NCBI RefSeq assembly: GCF_006345805.1
Contig: NC_043013.1
Coordinates: 14,260,001-14,324,000, forward strand
Length of the DNA stretch: 64,000 nucleotides
Source: Octopus sinensis
Lineage: Eukaryota
Direction: 5' to 3'
Part shown: positions 24,901-36,884 of the stretch, piece by piece
Position numbering within the stretch: position 1 is the first letter of the stretch
Layout: each line of letters starts with the position of its first letter
Program-made: the position numbers and the translations under genes
Notes under the pieces: model-generated
What the model was told of the DNA's origin: nothing
Databases searched by the model: none
What the model saw: the letters and a program-made list of their open reading frames with translations, nothing else

Positions 24901-25254
24901 CGGAAATCATACAAATGGCCGCGGTTTGTTTACACTTGTGCAAAACCTCACATTTTTACACACCACTCGCATATAACTGATGCAATCCTTCTGTGGAAAT
25001 TTTGTTGAATTCCAACGAGTAGGTTTTATTAAAATTTTTCGTCAAATTTCATGGTTATGAAACAATGTTCCTTGATTTGTAACCACACCTGCAATGATCA
25101 TATTATTGAGAATCCTTAAGCAATAATCTGGTACCGGTTGCAGGTTGAATAAAATAATCTAAATCGCTACCTAGCACATTCTAGTTCTGCTCCCTCTATT
25201 CTTCAAAATCTCTTTGCCACCGTGTCACTACTTCTCCTCATAGCTACACTGCTC

Positions 25255-26020
25255 TCACTCACTCTCTCACTCACTCACTCACTCACTCACTCACTCACTC
25301 GCTCACCATCTCACTCACTCACTCACTCACTCACCATCTCACTCACTCACTCACTCACTCACTCACTTTCTCACTCTCTCAATCACTCACTCACTCACTC
25401 TCTCACTCACACACTCGCTCACCATCTCACTCACTCACTCACCCTCTCACTCACTCACTCACTCACTCACTCACTCACTCACTCGCTCACTCACTCTCTC
25501 ATTCACTCGCTCACCATCTCACTCACTCACTCACTCACCCTCTCACTCACTCACTAACTCACTCGCTCACTCACTCTCTCACTCACTCACTCAGTCTCTC
25601 ACTCACTCACTCACTCACTCACTCACTCACTCACTCACTCACACGCTCACCATCTCACTCACTCACTCACTCACTCACTCACTCACTTTCTCACTCTCTC
25701 AATCACTCACTCACTCACTCACTCTCTCACTCACACACTCGCTCACCATCTCACTCACTCACTCACCCTCTCACTCACTCACTCACTCACTCACTCACTC
25801 ACTCGCTCACTCACTCTCTCACTCACTCACTCGCTCACCATCTCACTCACTCACTCACTCTCCCTCTCACTCACTCACTAACTCACTCGCTCACTCACTC
25901 TCTCACTCACTCACTCACTCACTCACTCACTCACTCACTCACTCACTCACTCACTCAGTCTCTCTCTCACTCACTCACTCACTCACTTTCTCACTCACTC
26001 ACTCACTCACTCACTCTCTC
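25255..26020. repeat. (CTCA)n array with higher-order variant periodicity
   Basis: Recurrent CTCGCTCACCATCTC and CTTTCTCACTCTCTCAATC interruptions. Confidence 0.9.
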
Positions 26021-26389
26021 TCTCTCTTACAATCTCTTACTCTTTATCTCTCTGTAATTAACCTTCTCTCTTCCTCTTTGCCTTACTCACTATTTCCCTC
26101 TGACCGTCTGTCTCCTCTCATTAATTGCTTCTTATCTTTTCATTCTTTATTTCTACCTCTGCCTTCTCCCTATTCTTACACTCAATATTCCTGTATCTTT
26201 CTTTCTCCCGCTCGCTTTGCTGCTTCTCACTCTTCTCATGACTTACACTCTTGTAATTACTTTTCCTCTACTCCCCCTCTCTCACTACTTAATTCTCTCA
26301 CTCTCAAAATCACTCCACCCTCCCCTTTCTCCACTCTATACCATTTCACGACTAAACAAATATATAAGATGCAGCATCACATTCTGTAA

Positions 26390-26462
26390 GTCCCTGTAGC
26401 GCAGGGGATAGCGAGCTGGACTTCTAATTCAGAGGCCGTGAGTTCGAATCTCACCAGGGATG
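26390..26462 (+). tRNA. tRNA-Arg-TCT: tRNA-Arg(TCT), divergent copy R8
   Basis: D stem GCGC/GCGA mismatch, anticodon stem G:T, T stem GTGAG/CTCAC. Confidence 0.8.
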
Positions 26463-26774
26463 ATTGACCTTCATGTTTTGGAAATTTTTCTTAAAACTTT
26501 CAGCGTTATGAAACAATGTTCCTTACTATGTAACTACACCTGCAATGACCATATTGTTGGGAATCGTTTAGCAATCACCATCATCATCATCAGGTATCAT
26601 TTGCAAGTTGAATAGAATAATTTAAATCACTGTCTAACACATTCTTCTACAGTTCTTACGCAGTTAATGTATTCGTGATATCAACCATTTATGATTGATT
26701 TAAAAAAAAAATATTGGTTAATTATAACAGGACATATTTTCCTTAGGGTCCCTTTCCAGCTTTTCTGTTGGGTT

Positions 26775-27146
26775 TCTCTTTTACTTGTTTCAGTCATTAG
26801 ACTGCTGTCATGCTGGGGCACCACCTTGAATTTTTAGTCGAATGAATCCACCCTAGGATTTCTGTATTGTTTTGCTTTTAAAGCCTGGTGCTTATTCTAT
26901 CGATATTTGACGAACCGTTAAGTTACAGGAGCATAAACACATCAACACCGCTTATCAAGCGGTGATGGCACACACACACATACACTGGCTTCTTTCAGTT
27001 TTCGTCTACCAAATCTACTCACAAGGCTTTGGTCAGCAAGAGCCTATAGTAGAAGACATTTTGCCCAACGTGCCACGCAGAGGAACTGAACCCGGAACCA
27101 GGTGGTCGGGAAGCAAGTTTCTTATCACAGACCCACGCCTGCGCCT
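26775..27146 (-). mobile_element. SINE-A
   Basis: Family motifs, diverged. Confidence 0.8.
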
Positions 27147-27157
27147 TGCTAAATTGC

Positions 27158-27220
27158 TTCCCCAGCAGGGAATCGAATCCCGGTCTCCCGCATGACAGGC
27201 GGAGATACATACTACTGTGC
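27158..27220 (-). pseudogene. tRNA-Asp(GTC)-derived relic
   Basis: Minus strand reads gtatctccgc-CTGTCAT-gcggg-agac-cggga-TTCGATT-ccctg-ctgggga, matching the anticodon arm, T arm and 3' acceptor of eukaryotic tRNA-Asp; 5' acceptor strand missing. Confidence 0.75.
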
Positions 27221-27255
27221 TGTCTTTCCTTTTTTTCTTTTTCGCCCTTTTCAAG

Positions 27256-27545
27256 CCTAGCTAGGCCCATGGGCCCGGTTTCCCGGTTTCTGTGGCGTAT
27301 GTGTTCCTCCCAGCTGGACGGGATGCCAGTCCATCGCAGCTTTACTCAAGAAACAGGAAGAGAGAGTGTGAGAAAATTGTGGCGAAAGAGTACAATAGGG
27401 GTCACCACCATCCCCTGCCGGAGCATCGTGGAGGTTTTAGGAGTTTTTGCTCAATAAATACACACAACGCCCGGTCTGGGAATCGAAACCACGATCCTCC
27501 GACCGCGAGTCCACTACCCTAACCACTGGGCCATTGCGCCTCCAC
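27256..27545 (-). mobile_element. SINE-C, second and more complete copy
   Basis: High similarity to 20957-21230 with intact tRNA-like head. Confidence 0.78.
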
Positions 27546-27699
27546 ACTGTCCGTCCTAGGTTATTGTAATTTTAGCATATCATTGCACCTAATAAGCTGA
27601 CCTGCCAACTTTTTATTACTATTCCATATTGAAGAAGCAGGCTGTAATAGTACTTTGAACACACTCTAGTAAACACTGCTCGTTACAGTTGGCTCATTT

Positions 27700-28440
27700 G
27701 CAGGATGCAGTCGGGACGTTTGGAATCTTGCTATGCAATAAAATCTTGTGTTAAACTGAGCAAAAACGCTACTGAAAATTATGAAATTCTTCACACTGCT
27801 TATGGTTTTAGTTTTTCGCAAGCATATGAGGTTCAAGAACGGTAGAGAGGAGGTGAGAGATGATGGGAGGTGTGGGGCATCAGAACATCAGAGGTGGTTG
27901 AGACAATTGGCAATTTTTTGGATGAAGGCTGTCGTTTGTCTATAAAGATAATAAGGCGGCGAGTGGCAGAAACGTTAGCATGCAGGGCGAAATGCGTAGC
28001 CATATTTTGTCTGTCGTTACGTTCTGAGTTCAAATTCCGCCGAGGTCGACTTTGCCTTTCATCCTTTCGGGGTCGATAAATAAAGTATCAGTTACTCACT
28101 GGGATCGATGTAATCGACTTAATCCGTGTGTCTGTCCTTGTTTGTCCCCTCTGTGCTTAGCCTCTTGTGGGCAGTAAAGAAATATATAAAGATAATAAGC
28201 ATACAGTTTGGAGTTGGTGTGGCAACTGTACACAGAGTTATTCACGAACATCTAAACATGCACAAAATTTGTGCAAAATTTGTTCCCAGGCTGCTTAGTG
28301 AGGTGCGCCTTGGTTACAAAGATGGGTCTCAGAATTGTTTCTCATCCTACCTATAGTTCAGACCTTGCGCCTTGCGACTTTTAGTGCTCCCCAAGCTGAA
28401 AGAGGACCTCCGGGGCGGTCGTCTTGAAGATGGAGGAAGC
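27700..28440 (+). mobile_element. Mariner transposase relic with nested SINE-B
   Basis: CYAIKSCVKLSKNATE..., HKICAKFVPRLL (WVPR-type motif), HPTYSSDLAPCDF; internal deletion. Confidence 0.85.
27953..28184 (+). mobile_element. SINE-B with 15-bp TSD
   Basis: TATAAAGATAATAAG at 27941-27955 and 28185-28199. Confidence 0.92.
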
Positions 28441-28826
28441 TGTGAGAATGATCCCGAGCACCTTCCTCCCCATTCCTCTTCCTCATCCTCGTCGTTCTCC
28501 TCCCCTTCCCCTTCCTCCTCCTCCTCCTCCTCCGCGCCTTTGTCCACCTCGTCCTTCTCGTCATTCTCCTCCTCATCGTTCTCTTCCTCGCCCTCCTCCT
28601 CCTTTGTACTTCTCCGTCTTGATCCCTCTCTCGATCACTCTATTCTCCCTTGCCTTTTCGTCTCTATGTCACCCAGTCATTATCTCCCCTTTGCTCTCTC
28701 TCTTTGTAGGCTCCCCTCTCTACTTCTCTCACTTCTTCAAAATCTCTTTGCCAACGTATCACTACTTCTCTTCAAGGCTACTCTGCTCTCACTCTCTCTC
28801 TCTTTCTCTCTCTCTCTATCTCTCTT

Positions 28827-28861
<35 letters not shown>

Positions 28862-29284
28862 CTCTCTCTCGCTCTCTCTTTCTCTCTCTCTCTGTTTCTC
28901 TCTCTCTCTCTCTGTTTCTCTCTCTCTCTCTCTCTTTCAATCTCTTAATCTCTTCATCTTCCTATAATTAACTTTCTTCCTCTCTGGCTCCTTTACCATT
29001 TTCTCTGAACCTCTATCTCCTCTCACTAATTGATTCTTGATTTTCTTTCTTTGATTGTACCTCTAACACCTCCCCATCCTTACTCTCAGTAACATCGTGT
29101 CTTTCTTTCTCTCCCTCTCTTTCTTCTTTCTCATTCTTCAAATTATTTTCTCATTCCACCCACCCACCTCTCTTTAATTGATTCTCTTACACTTTAAATC
29201 GTCCTCCCTTCCCCTTCCTCTTCCTCCTCGCTAGTCCACTTCACCACTAAACAAATATATAATAAGCAGCCTTTGAACTTGTAA

Positions 29285-29357
29285 GTCCCTGTAGCGCAGG
29301 GGATAGCGCGCTGGACTTCTAATCCAGAGGCCGTGGGTTCGAATCCCACCAGGGATG
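29285..29357 (+). tRNA. tRNA-Arg-TCT: tRNA-Arg(TCT), intron-less, R9
   Basis: Intact; variable loop AGGCC; TATATAA at -29. Confidence 0.95.
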
Positions 29358-29675
29358 ATTTATTTTCGTATATTTTACGAAATTTTTTTTCTTCAGTCAA
29401 ATTTCATGGTTTCAAAGTTCCTTGGTTCGTAATCATACGTGTAACTATTGATATTATACTATCGGGAGTCCCTTAGCAACCACCACGACCTTTGCCACTC
29501 ATCATCATATCTCATTTGTATGTTGAATAGAATAATTTAGGCCACTATCCCGTATTCTTACGCATTCAATGTATTTTTAGTGTAATACGTGATATGAGCC
29601 ATTTAGAGTTTCCTTTTTACTGGTTAACATCTTCCCTTGAATCATGAAGCACACACCTACGCCAGCACAATCTTG

Positions 29676-30110
29676 GGATCTTTTCGGTTTGAACGGCAGT
29701 TTTTTTCTAGCGGTGTCATATGAAATTGTCACCCATAATTATGACTCTAGTATCGATCTATTGCATTTCAATCTGTTTCAGGGTTAGGGTTAGGGCTAGG
29801 GTTAGGGGTGGGGGGAAGGGTATCTTTTTTTCTTCAGAAATGTAAATAAACCCAATCTGTTTCTTAAACGAGGGACATATTCATACGGCACAGAATGTTT
29901 TTTTTTACCTCAATAGACGTCATTGATTGGTTGAAATTGCAGAAATTAAAGAAAAAAAAACAACAAATATCTTGCAAACCATAAAATTTTCTCAATAAAG
30001 CCAAGAGAAAAAGATGTTTTATAAACACATTCTACCAGTATACGAAGTTTAAAAGTGTTTAGTTACGTGGAAATTATGTTAAAAAACTGCTGTTCAAACC
30101 GAAAAGATCC
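29676..30110 (+). mobile_element. MITE, asymmetric subtype, 8-bp TSD, internal (TTAGGG)-like repeats
   Basis: TIR GGATCTTTTCGGTTTGAAC; TSD CAATCTTG at 29668-29675 and 30111-30118. Confidence 0.9.
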
Positions 30111-30894
30111 CAATCTTGTATTTTTCTCACTGTATTTTGAGTCTAGTTTATGGTTAATTTTTTATTAGTAAAGTATAACCAGACGTATCTGCCTTAGGAC
30201 CCCTCTTCCAGATTTTGTTTGGTTTTTATTCACTTAGCATTTTTGTTTAAAACTTTCAATAAATCACCCTACAGGGCAGCAGGTCGCCTTTGTCATTCAT
30301 TCTTTCGAAATCGATAAAATAAGTCACAATCAAGTATCGGGGTTGATGTAATCGACCTCCTTTCTCGCATCAAAATCTTTTGACCCTGTGCCAAAACTTG
30401 AAACAATTATAAAAACGGATGTGGTTTGTGCGCAACATGTCTCAATTTCTCGCTTTTCAAATTTGTATTGGTCTGATGCAACAAGTACCGCGAAGGCAGT
30501 GGTTATTAGGTTGTAGGATTTGATAGAGTTATCTTTCCTTAGGTGAGCAGTTAGAATACTAAAGGGCATCATCTACAATCGTGTTTTCAATATAACATCA
30601 CGTCTATAATTATTAATGATATATTAAGGTATCTTGTATTTATTCTCATGGGTGCATTTAGGTAATATCTCTTTCTTTTAGTTCAACAGTTTCGGTGGCG
30701 TGTGTTGGAATATATTTCTCGTCAAAGAAAAAAGAAGTGACGTTGCCTTCACGTAGTAATTCATTTTCCTATCTCTATTCCCCCCTCACCACCACCCCAA
30801 CCACAACCACCACCACCACCACCACCACCACCACCTCTACTACTACTACACTACTACTACTACTACTACTACTATTGCTGCTGCTGCTGCTGCT

Positions 30895-30926
<32 letters not shown>

Positions 30927-30978
30927 GCGCTGTCTGTCTACCGCTCTCTCCACCAACACCACCACCTCTACTACTACA

Positions 30979-31019
<41 letters not shown>

Positions 31020-31088
31020 CACTCCGCTGTCTGTCTGTCGCTTTCTCTCTCTCTGCCACCACCACCACCAACTCAACTACTACTACTA

Positions 31089-31144
<56 letters not shown>

Positions 31145-31855
31145 CGCTGTCTGTCTGTCGCTCTCTGTCGCTCTCTCTCTCTCTCTCTGTCTGACTCTCT
31201 TTCTCTTCTTCTGAGACACATCCCTATTCGTCCCGTTGATCATTCGGCTATCTATTTACTTATGCTTTTCTTCCAGTTACATTCTCTGTCTCACTATTTC
31301 TTAAATTTTATTTCAGCCACACCCACTTCCGCTTCCGTTACGTGTTCAAGCCACACTTACTCCATTACATAAATATCTGTCGTCTGCTTTAATAGCTTTT
31401 ATAGTTTTGGTAAACGTTGGTAGAATTACACTGAGATTTATGAGAAAGAGTGAGAGAGAGAGAGGGAGAGAGGGAGGGAGAGAAGGAGAGAGACTGAGAG
31501 ATAAAGAGAGAGAAAGAGAGATTAGGAAAATGGGGAAGGGGAGAGGGAAAAGAGGAGAGAAATCGGATACATATAGACAGAAGGAGCAATGCGATATGAT
31601 AGAGATAGCGTATGGAGGGAGTGAGAAAGAGAGAGAATGTGTGTGCGCGCGCGTGCGCGTGAGAGGTGGAGAAGAAGATAAAAATGAACTTCTTTCTTTC
31701 CTTCTATTGTTTTTCTCTTTCATTCTATTTTGGCTGTCTTCTTTTATTTATTTTTTTATCTTTCTTGTCACTTTCTTTCTTATCTTCCTTCTTTCCTTCT
31801 TTCTTTTCTTTTTTCCGCATCAGTATTCGTTTTCCAACTTTTCTATCTATGTATG

Positions 31856-31916
<61 letters not shown>

Positions 31917-32924
31917 GTTTGTCGATCTGTCTATGTATCTCCTTCTCTCTATCTTTCTTCTCTTTTCCTTCCTTTTATTCTTCTTTCTATATGCTTTACA
32001 GTACTTTAATTAATTCTCTTCTTTTCATTCTTTCCTTTTCGTTTTTCTTTTTCCTTTCTATTCTTCTCATCCTCCTACCGCCCCACCGTCTCCACCACCC
32101 ACCAAAGCACCACCACCACCACAAGTCATACACACACACACATACATGTATACATTCACACACTGGCTTAACACAACATAACCCACTTAAATTTCCTTCT
32201 CTCCACCCAACTCTCCCTGTTTCTATCTCTGTCTGTCACTGTTTCTGTCCCCCCTCTCTCTCTCTTCCTCTCTCCCTCTTTCTTTCTCTCTTTCTCTCTT
32301 TTCTCGGTCCGTTTGACATGTGGCCAAGAAAGTTAAGACTGACACTAACATCCAATTTGATTGTGTTCCAACAAGCTTGTCGCTATCACAACCAAACGTC
32401 TCGATCAGACAAGACACACGACGGGACGACATATTTATTTCTAACAGGAACAAAAACAAAACACCACAACAACAACCAACACAGCAAAAGACGAAAAACC
32501 CCACTCCAAAATGGCTGCCATCATCCAACGCCGCTCTCGTTTGCTTTCTGCATCATGCACGGCAGACGACAGATTTTTCTTTTTTCCTTTTTCGTAGAGA
32601 TTGTCCATCTCTGTGTAACGGTGAAAATAGAGGGAAAAAATACAGTTATTTACATCTGATATAACGTAAAATGATAACAGTAATGAGAATATAGTGACAA
32701 ATAGGGATATCAATGAAAGAATGGAAATAATATGAAACGATATCAAATTAGATGAAATGGAATGAAACCTAATTGGATTTAATCTAATAGACGAATACAC
32801 CATCAAGGAATTACGTGTGTATATGTGTGTGTGAGGAGGTAGGCGTGAGTGTATATATGTATATATGGAACCACGTGGTCTGGAATCAAGCTTCTTACCA
32901 CACAGCTACGATATATGTATAAAT

Positions 32925-33246
32925 TGTTTTTACTTGTTTCAGTAATTTGACTGTTGCCATGCTGGAGCACCACCTTCAGTCGAGCAAGTCGACTCCAGGA
33001 CTTATTCTTTGTAAGCCTAGAACTTATTCTATCGGTCTGTTTTGCCGAACCGCTAAGTTACGGGGACGTAAACACACCAGCATCGGTCGTCAAGCGATGT
33101 TGGGAGGACAAACACAGACACACAAACATACACACACACACTTGCTATAGTAGAAGACACTTTCCCAAGGTGCCACGCAGTGGGACTGAACCTGGAACTA
33201 TGTGGTTGGTAAGCATGCTACTTACCACACAGCCACTCCTACGCCT
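32925..33246 (-). mobile_element. SINE-A (internal deletion)
   Basis: Family motifs. Confidence 0.8.
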
Positions 33247-33479
33247 AAATCATAAATGGTTGATATCATGAATTGGACTTCGAATACATTAACTGCATAA
33301 GAATTGCACAAGAATGCGTTAGATCGTGATTTAAATTATTCTATTCAACCTGCAAACGATTCCTGATGATGATGATGATGATGATTGCTAAACGTTTCCC
33401 AACAGTATGGTCATTGCAAGGAACATTGTTTCATAATGCTGAAAGTTTAAAAAAAAATTTCTAAAACACGGAAGTCAAT

Positions 33480-33552
33480 CATCCCTGGTGAGATTCGAAC
33501 TCACGGCCTCTGGATTAGAAGTCCAGCGCGCTATCCCCTGCGCTACAGGGAC
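33480..33552 (-). tRNA. tRNA-Arg-TCT: tRNA-Arg(TCT), intron-less, R10 (inverted)
   Basis: Reverse complement GTCCCTGTAGCGCAGGGGATAGCGCGCTGGACTTCTAATCCAGAGGCCGTGAGTTCGAATCTCACCAGGGATG. Confidence 0.95.
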
Positions 33553-33753
33553 TTACAGAATGTGACGCTGCTTCTTATATATTTGTTTAGTCGAAAGTTA
33601 CCGATACTTCTGAAGAAGATTTACAAGGGGAAATTGTCACTTGGTGTGGCAAGGAAACATCTTGTTGTTTCAGAATTTGGAACTTTTTGCAGTTAAACTC
33701 CTTCGCGTTGGTCATAAGTATAAACTCTACAACAGAGAAAAATAAGAAATATA

Positions 33754-33960
33754 TACAGGGGCTGGACAAAATAATGGAAATAGCTTAAAATTTCAAACAA
33801 ATATATTTTAATATGGGGTAGGACAATCTTCCACTGCCCTAGGGACCAATTCTGTAGGTTTTTACTCCACTCTAAACGCTTTGCAACGTTTGTTTTTGAA
33901 AGTAGTGGTTTTCTGATTGCAGAAAACATACATTATGGTCATGCAACGAAACATTTGACA
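33754..33960 (-). mobile_element. Tc1 fragment with one TIR
   Basis: TACAGGGGCTGGACAAAATAATGGAAA terminus; minus-strand RKPLLSKTNVAKRLEWSK..W..GQW. Confidence 0.7.
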
Positions 33961-33983
33961 TTTTATTTATATTACATCTTCCT

Positions 33984-34035
<52 letters not shown>

Positions 34036-34077
34036 TAATAATAATAATAACAATTATTATTATTATTATTATTATTA

Positions 34078-34465
34078 TTCAGTAGTTTTATTTTTATAGC
34101 GTGCTTTCACTTCACTACCGAGCGCAGCTCTGTGTGCCTTGGGTATGTGCTGTGATTTGTTGTGGTGCTCTGATGGTTACTGTATGGAAAGTGTTCTGCG
34201 TAGGATGTGTGCAATTTTCTGTATGTTATATGTGTTTGTAAGTCCTGGTGTTTTTGTTTTGTATTTGTCTGAATATTTTTTTATCATGCCTACTATGATA
34301 GGAATTGTTTCTGTTTTTAGATTCCACATTTTAGTTACCTCTATTTCCAGGTCTTTGTATTTTGAAAGTTTCTCCATTTATTTTAGAGACACGTTGTCAT
34401 CTGACGGTATTGATACATCAATTAGAAAGCATTTTTTTTCTTCATGATCTCTGACAACTATATCT
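34078..34465 (-). mobile_element. 3' end of R4/Dong-type (RLE) non-LTR retrotransposon in a (TAA)n tract
   Basis: IVVRDHEEKKCFLIDVSIPSDDN..EKLSKYKDLEIEVTKMW..TIPIIVG..HILRRTL (PD-(D/E)xK endonuclease C-terminus), ending in TAA repeats. Confidence 0.82.
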
Positions 34466-34573
34466 TCTTCTTCTTCTTCTCTTCTTCTTCTTTCTTCTTC
34501 TTCTTCTTCTTCTTCTTCTTCTTCTTCTCTTCTTCTTCTTCTTCTTCTTCTTCTTCTTCTTCTTCTCTTCTTC

Positions 34574-34617
<44 letters not shown>

Positions 34618-34784
34618 TTGTTGTTGTTGCTATTACTATTATTCATTTTGTTAATCCTGTGTATTCATCGTTATTTCATTTTATTCAATTTTAGAAAACT
34701 TGAAGTATATCTTTGACAAATCCGGGGAACATTGAACTTATTTTGTGCGTGACTTTTTTTATATTTTATATTTTTATCTTTCAT

Positions 34785-35626
34785 TTCTCTCTTCTTTCAG
34801 TCAGTGGACGGCGGCCATTCTGGAGCACTGCCCTGAAAGGTTTAGTTGCACAAACCGATCCTTGCAATTTAGTTTCTAAAGTTTGGAAATTATTCTTTTG
34901 TTCGTTTTCCCGAACCGCAAAGTTAAGGAGACGTAAACAAACCAGCATCGGATGTCAAGTGGTGATGGTGGTGGTGGTGGAGGGGAACAAGCAGAAACTC
35001 AAATACACATACACACACATATACGAAGGGCTTCCACATAGTTTTTACTTACACAACTCACTCACAAGACACTGGATGGCCCAGGGCTATAGTAGATGAC
35101 ATTTGCCTAAGTTAATGACTTGTACGGATTCCGTTCTTTATGCAACCATAATGTAATACAAAATATATACTGTGTCCTCTCGTGTTAGCAGTGATATTAA
35201 ATCACTTTTTAAGGTGATCTTTACTTTTTACTCTCTTTAACTTGTTTCAGTCATTTGATTGTGGCCATGCTGGAGCACCGCCTTTAGTCGAGCAATCGAC
35301 CCCAGGACTTATTCTTTGTAAGCCTGGTACTTATTCTATCGATATCTTTGGCCGAACCGCTAAGTTACCAGCATCGGTTGTCAAGCGATGTTGGGGGGGG
35401 GGTGGACACAAACACAGACACAAAAACATATACCCCCCACACACACATATATACATATGTACGACGGGTTTCTTTCAGTTTCCGTCTACCAAATCCACTC
35501 ACAAGGCTTTGGTCGGCCCGAGGCTATAGTAGAAGACACTTACTCAAGGGGTCATGCAGTGAGACTGAACCTGGAACCATGTGGTTGGTAAGCAAGCTAC
35601 TTACCACACAGCCACTCCCACGCCCT
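34785..35626 (-). mobile_element. Two SINE-A copies (34785-35108, 35220-35626)
   Basis: Family motifs. Confidence 0.8.
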
Positions 35627-35842
35627 GTACAGATTTTCAACAGAAAGTATAGCCAGCACTGATTTGTAACGACGTTTCGCATCCGAATATATTTAATATA
35701 TAGAATGATACGATAAAAGATGGAAAAATAGGTAATGTATGAATATGACATATTTTAGGATTTCTTAAAAAGTGATGTAATAACAGTATTTGCATAATAG
35801 GAGACAGTATTGTCTTTTAAAACGTTTAATATACTTTGAAGT

Positions 35843-36884
35843 AAGACGGCGAGCTGGCGGAAATGTTAGCACGCCGGGCGAAATTCTTAGAGGTATTTCG
35901 TCTGTCTTTACGTTCTAAGTTCAAATTCCGCCGAAGTCGACTTTGCCTTTCATCATTTCGGGATCGATAAATTAAGTACCAGTTGCGCACTGGGGTCGAT
36001 GTAATCGACTTAATCCGTTTGTCTGTCCTTATTTATTCTCTCTACGTTTAGCCCCTTGTGGGAAGTAAAGAAATAGGTATTTCGTCTGTCGCTACGTTTT
36101 GAGTTCAAATTCCGCCGAGGTCGACTTTGCCTTTCATCCTTTCGGGGTCGATTAAATAAGTACCGGTTACGCACTGGGGTCGATATAAAACGACTTAATC
36201 CGTTTGTCTGTCTCCTCTTTGTGTAGCCCCTTGTGGGAGGTAAAGAAATAAGAAACGTTAGCACACCGGGCGAAATGCTTAGCAGTATTTCGTCTGTCTT
36301 TACGTTCCTAGTTCAAAATCCGCCGAGGACGACTTTGCATTTCATCCTTTCGGGATCGATAAATTAAGTACCAGTTGTGTACTGGGGTCGATCTAATTGA
36401 CTGGTGCCCTCCCCCCAAATTTCGGGCCTTGTACCTACAGTAGAAAGGAATATTACTGTTACAGAGAAGGCGGCGAGCTGGCAGAAACATTAGCACACCG
36501 AACGGTGAAAGGCAAAATCGACCTCGGCAGTTGAAATTCCGCCGAGGTCGACTTTGCCTTTCATCCTTTCGGGTTCGATTAAATATGTACCAGTTACGCA
36601 CTGGGGTCGATATAATGGACTTAATCCGTTTGTCTGTCCTTGTTTGTCCCCTCTGTGTGTAACCCCTGGTGGGCAGTAAAGAAATAAGAAACGTTAGCAC
36701 GCTGGGCGAAACGCTTAGCAGTATTTTGTCTGTCTTTACGTTCCTAGTTCAAATACCGCCGAGGTCGACTTTGCCATTCATCCTTTCGGGGTCGATAAAT
36801 TAAGTACCAGTTGCGTACTGGGTCGATCTAATTGATTGGCCCTGTCCCCCAAAATTTCGGGCCTTGTGCTTAGAATAAAAAAGT
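35843..36884 (+). mobile_element. SINE-B multimer (5 body modules, 2 heads)
   Basis: head-body-tail2-body-tail2-body-tail1, then head-foldback-tail2-body-tail1; ATATACTTTG on both sides. Confidence 0.85.
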
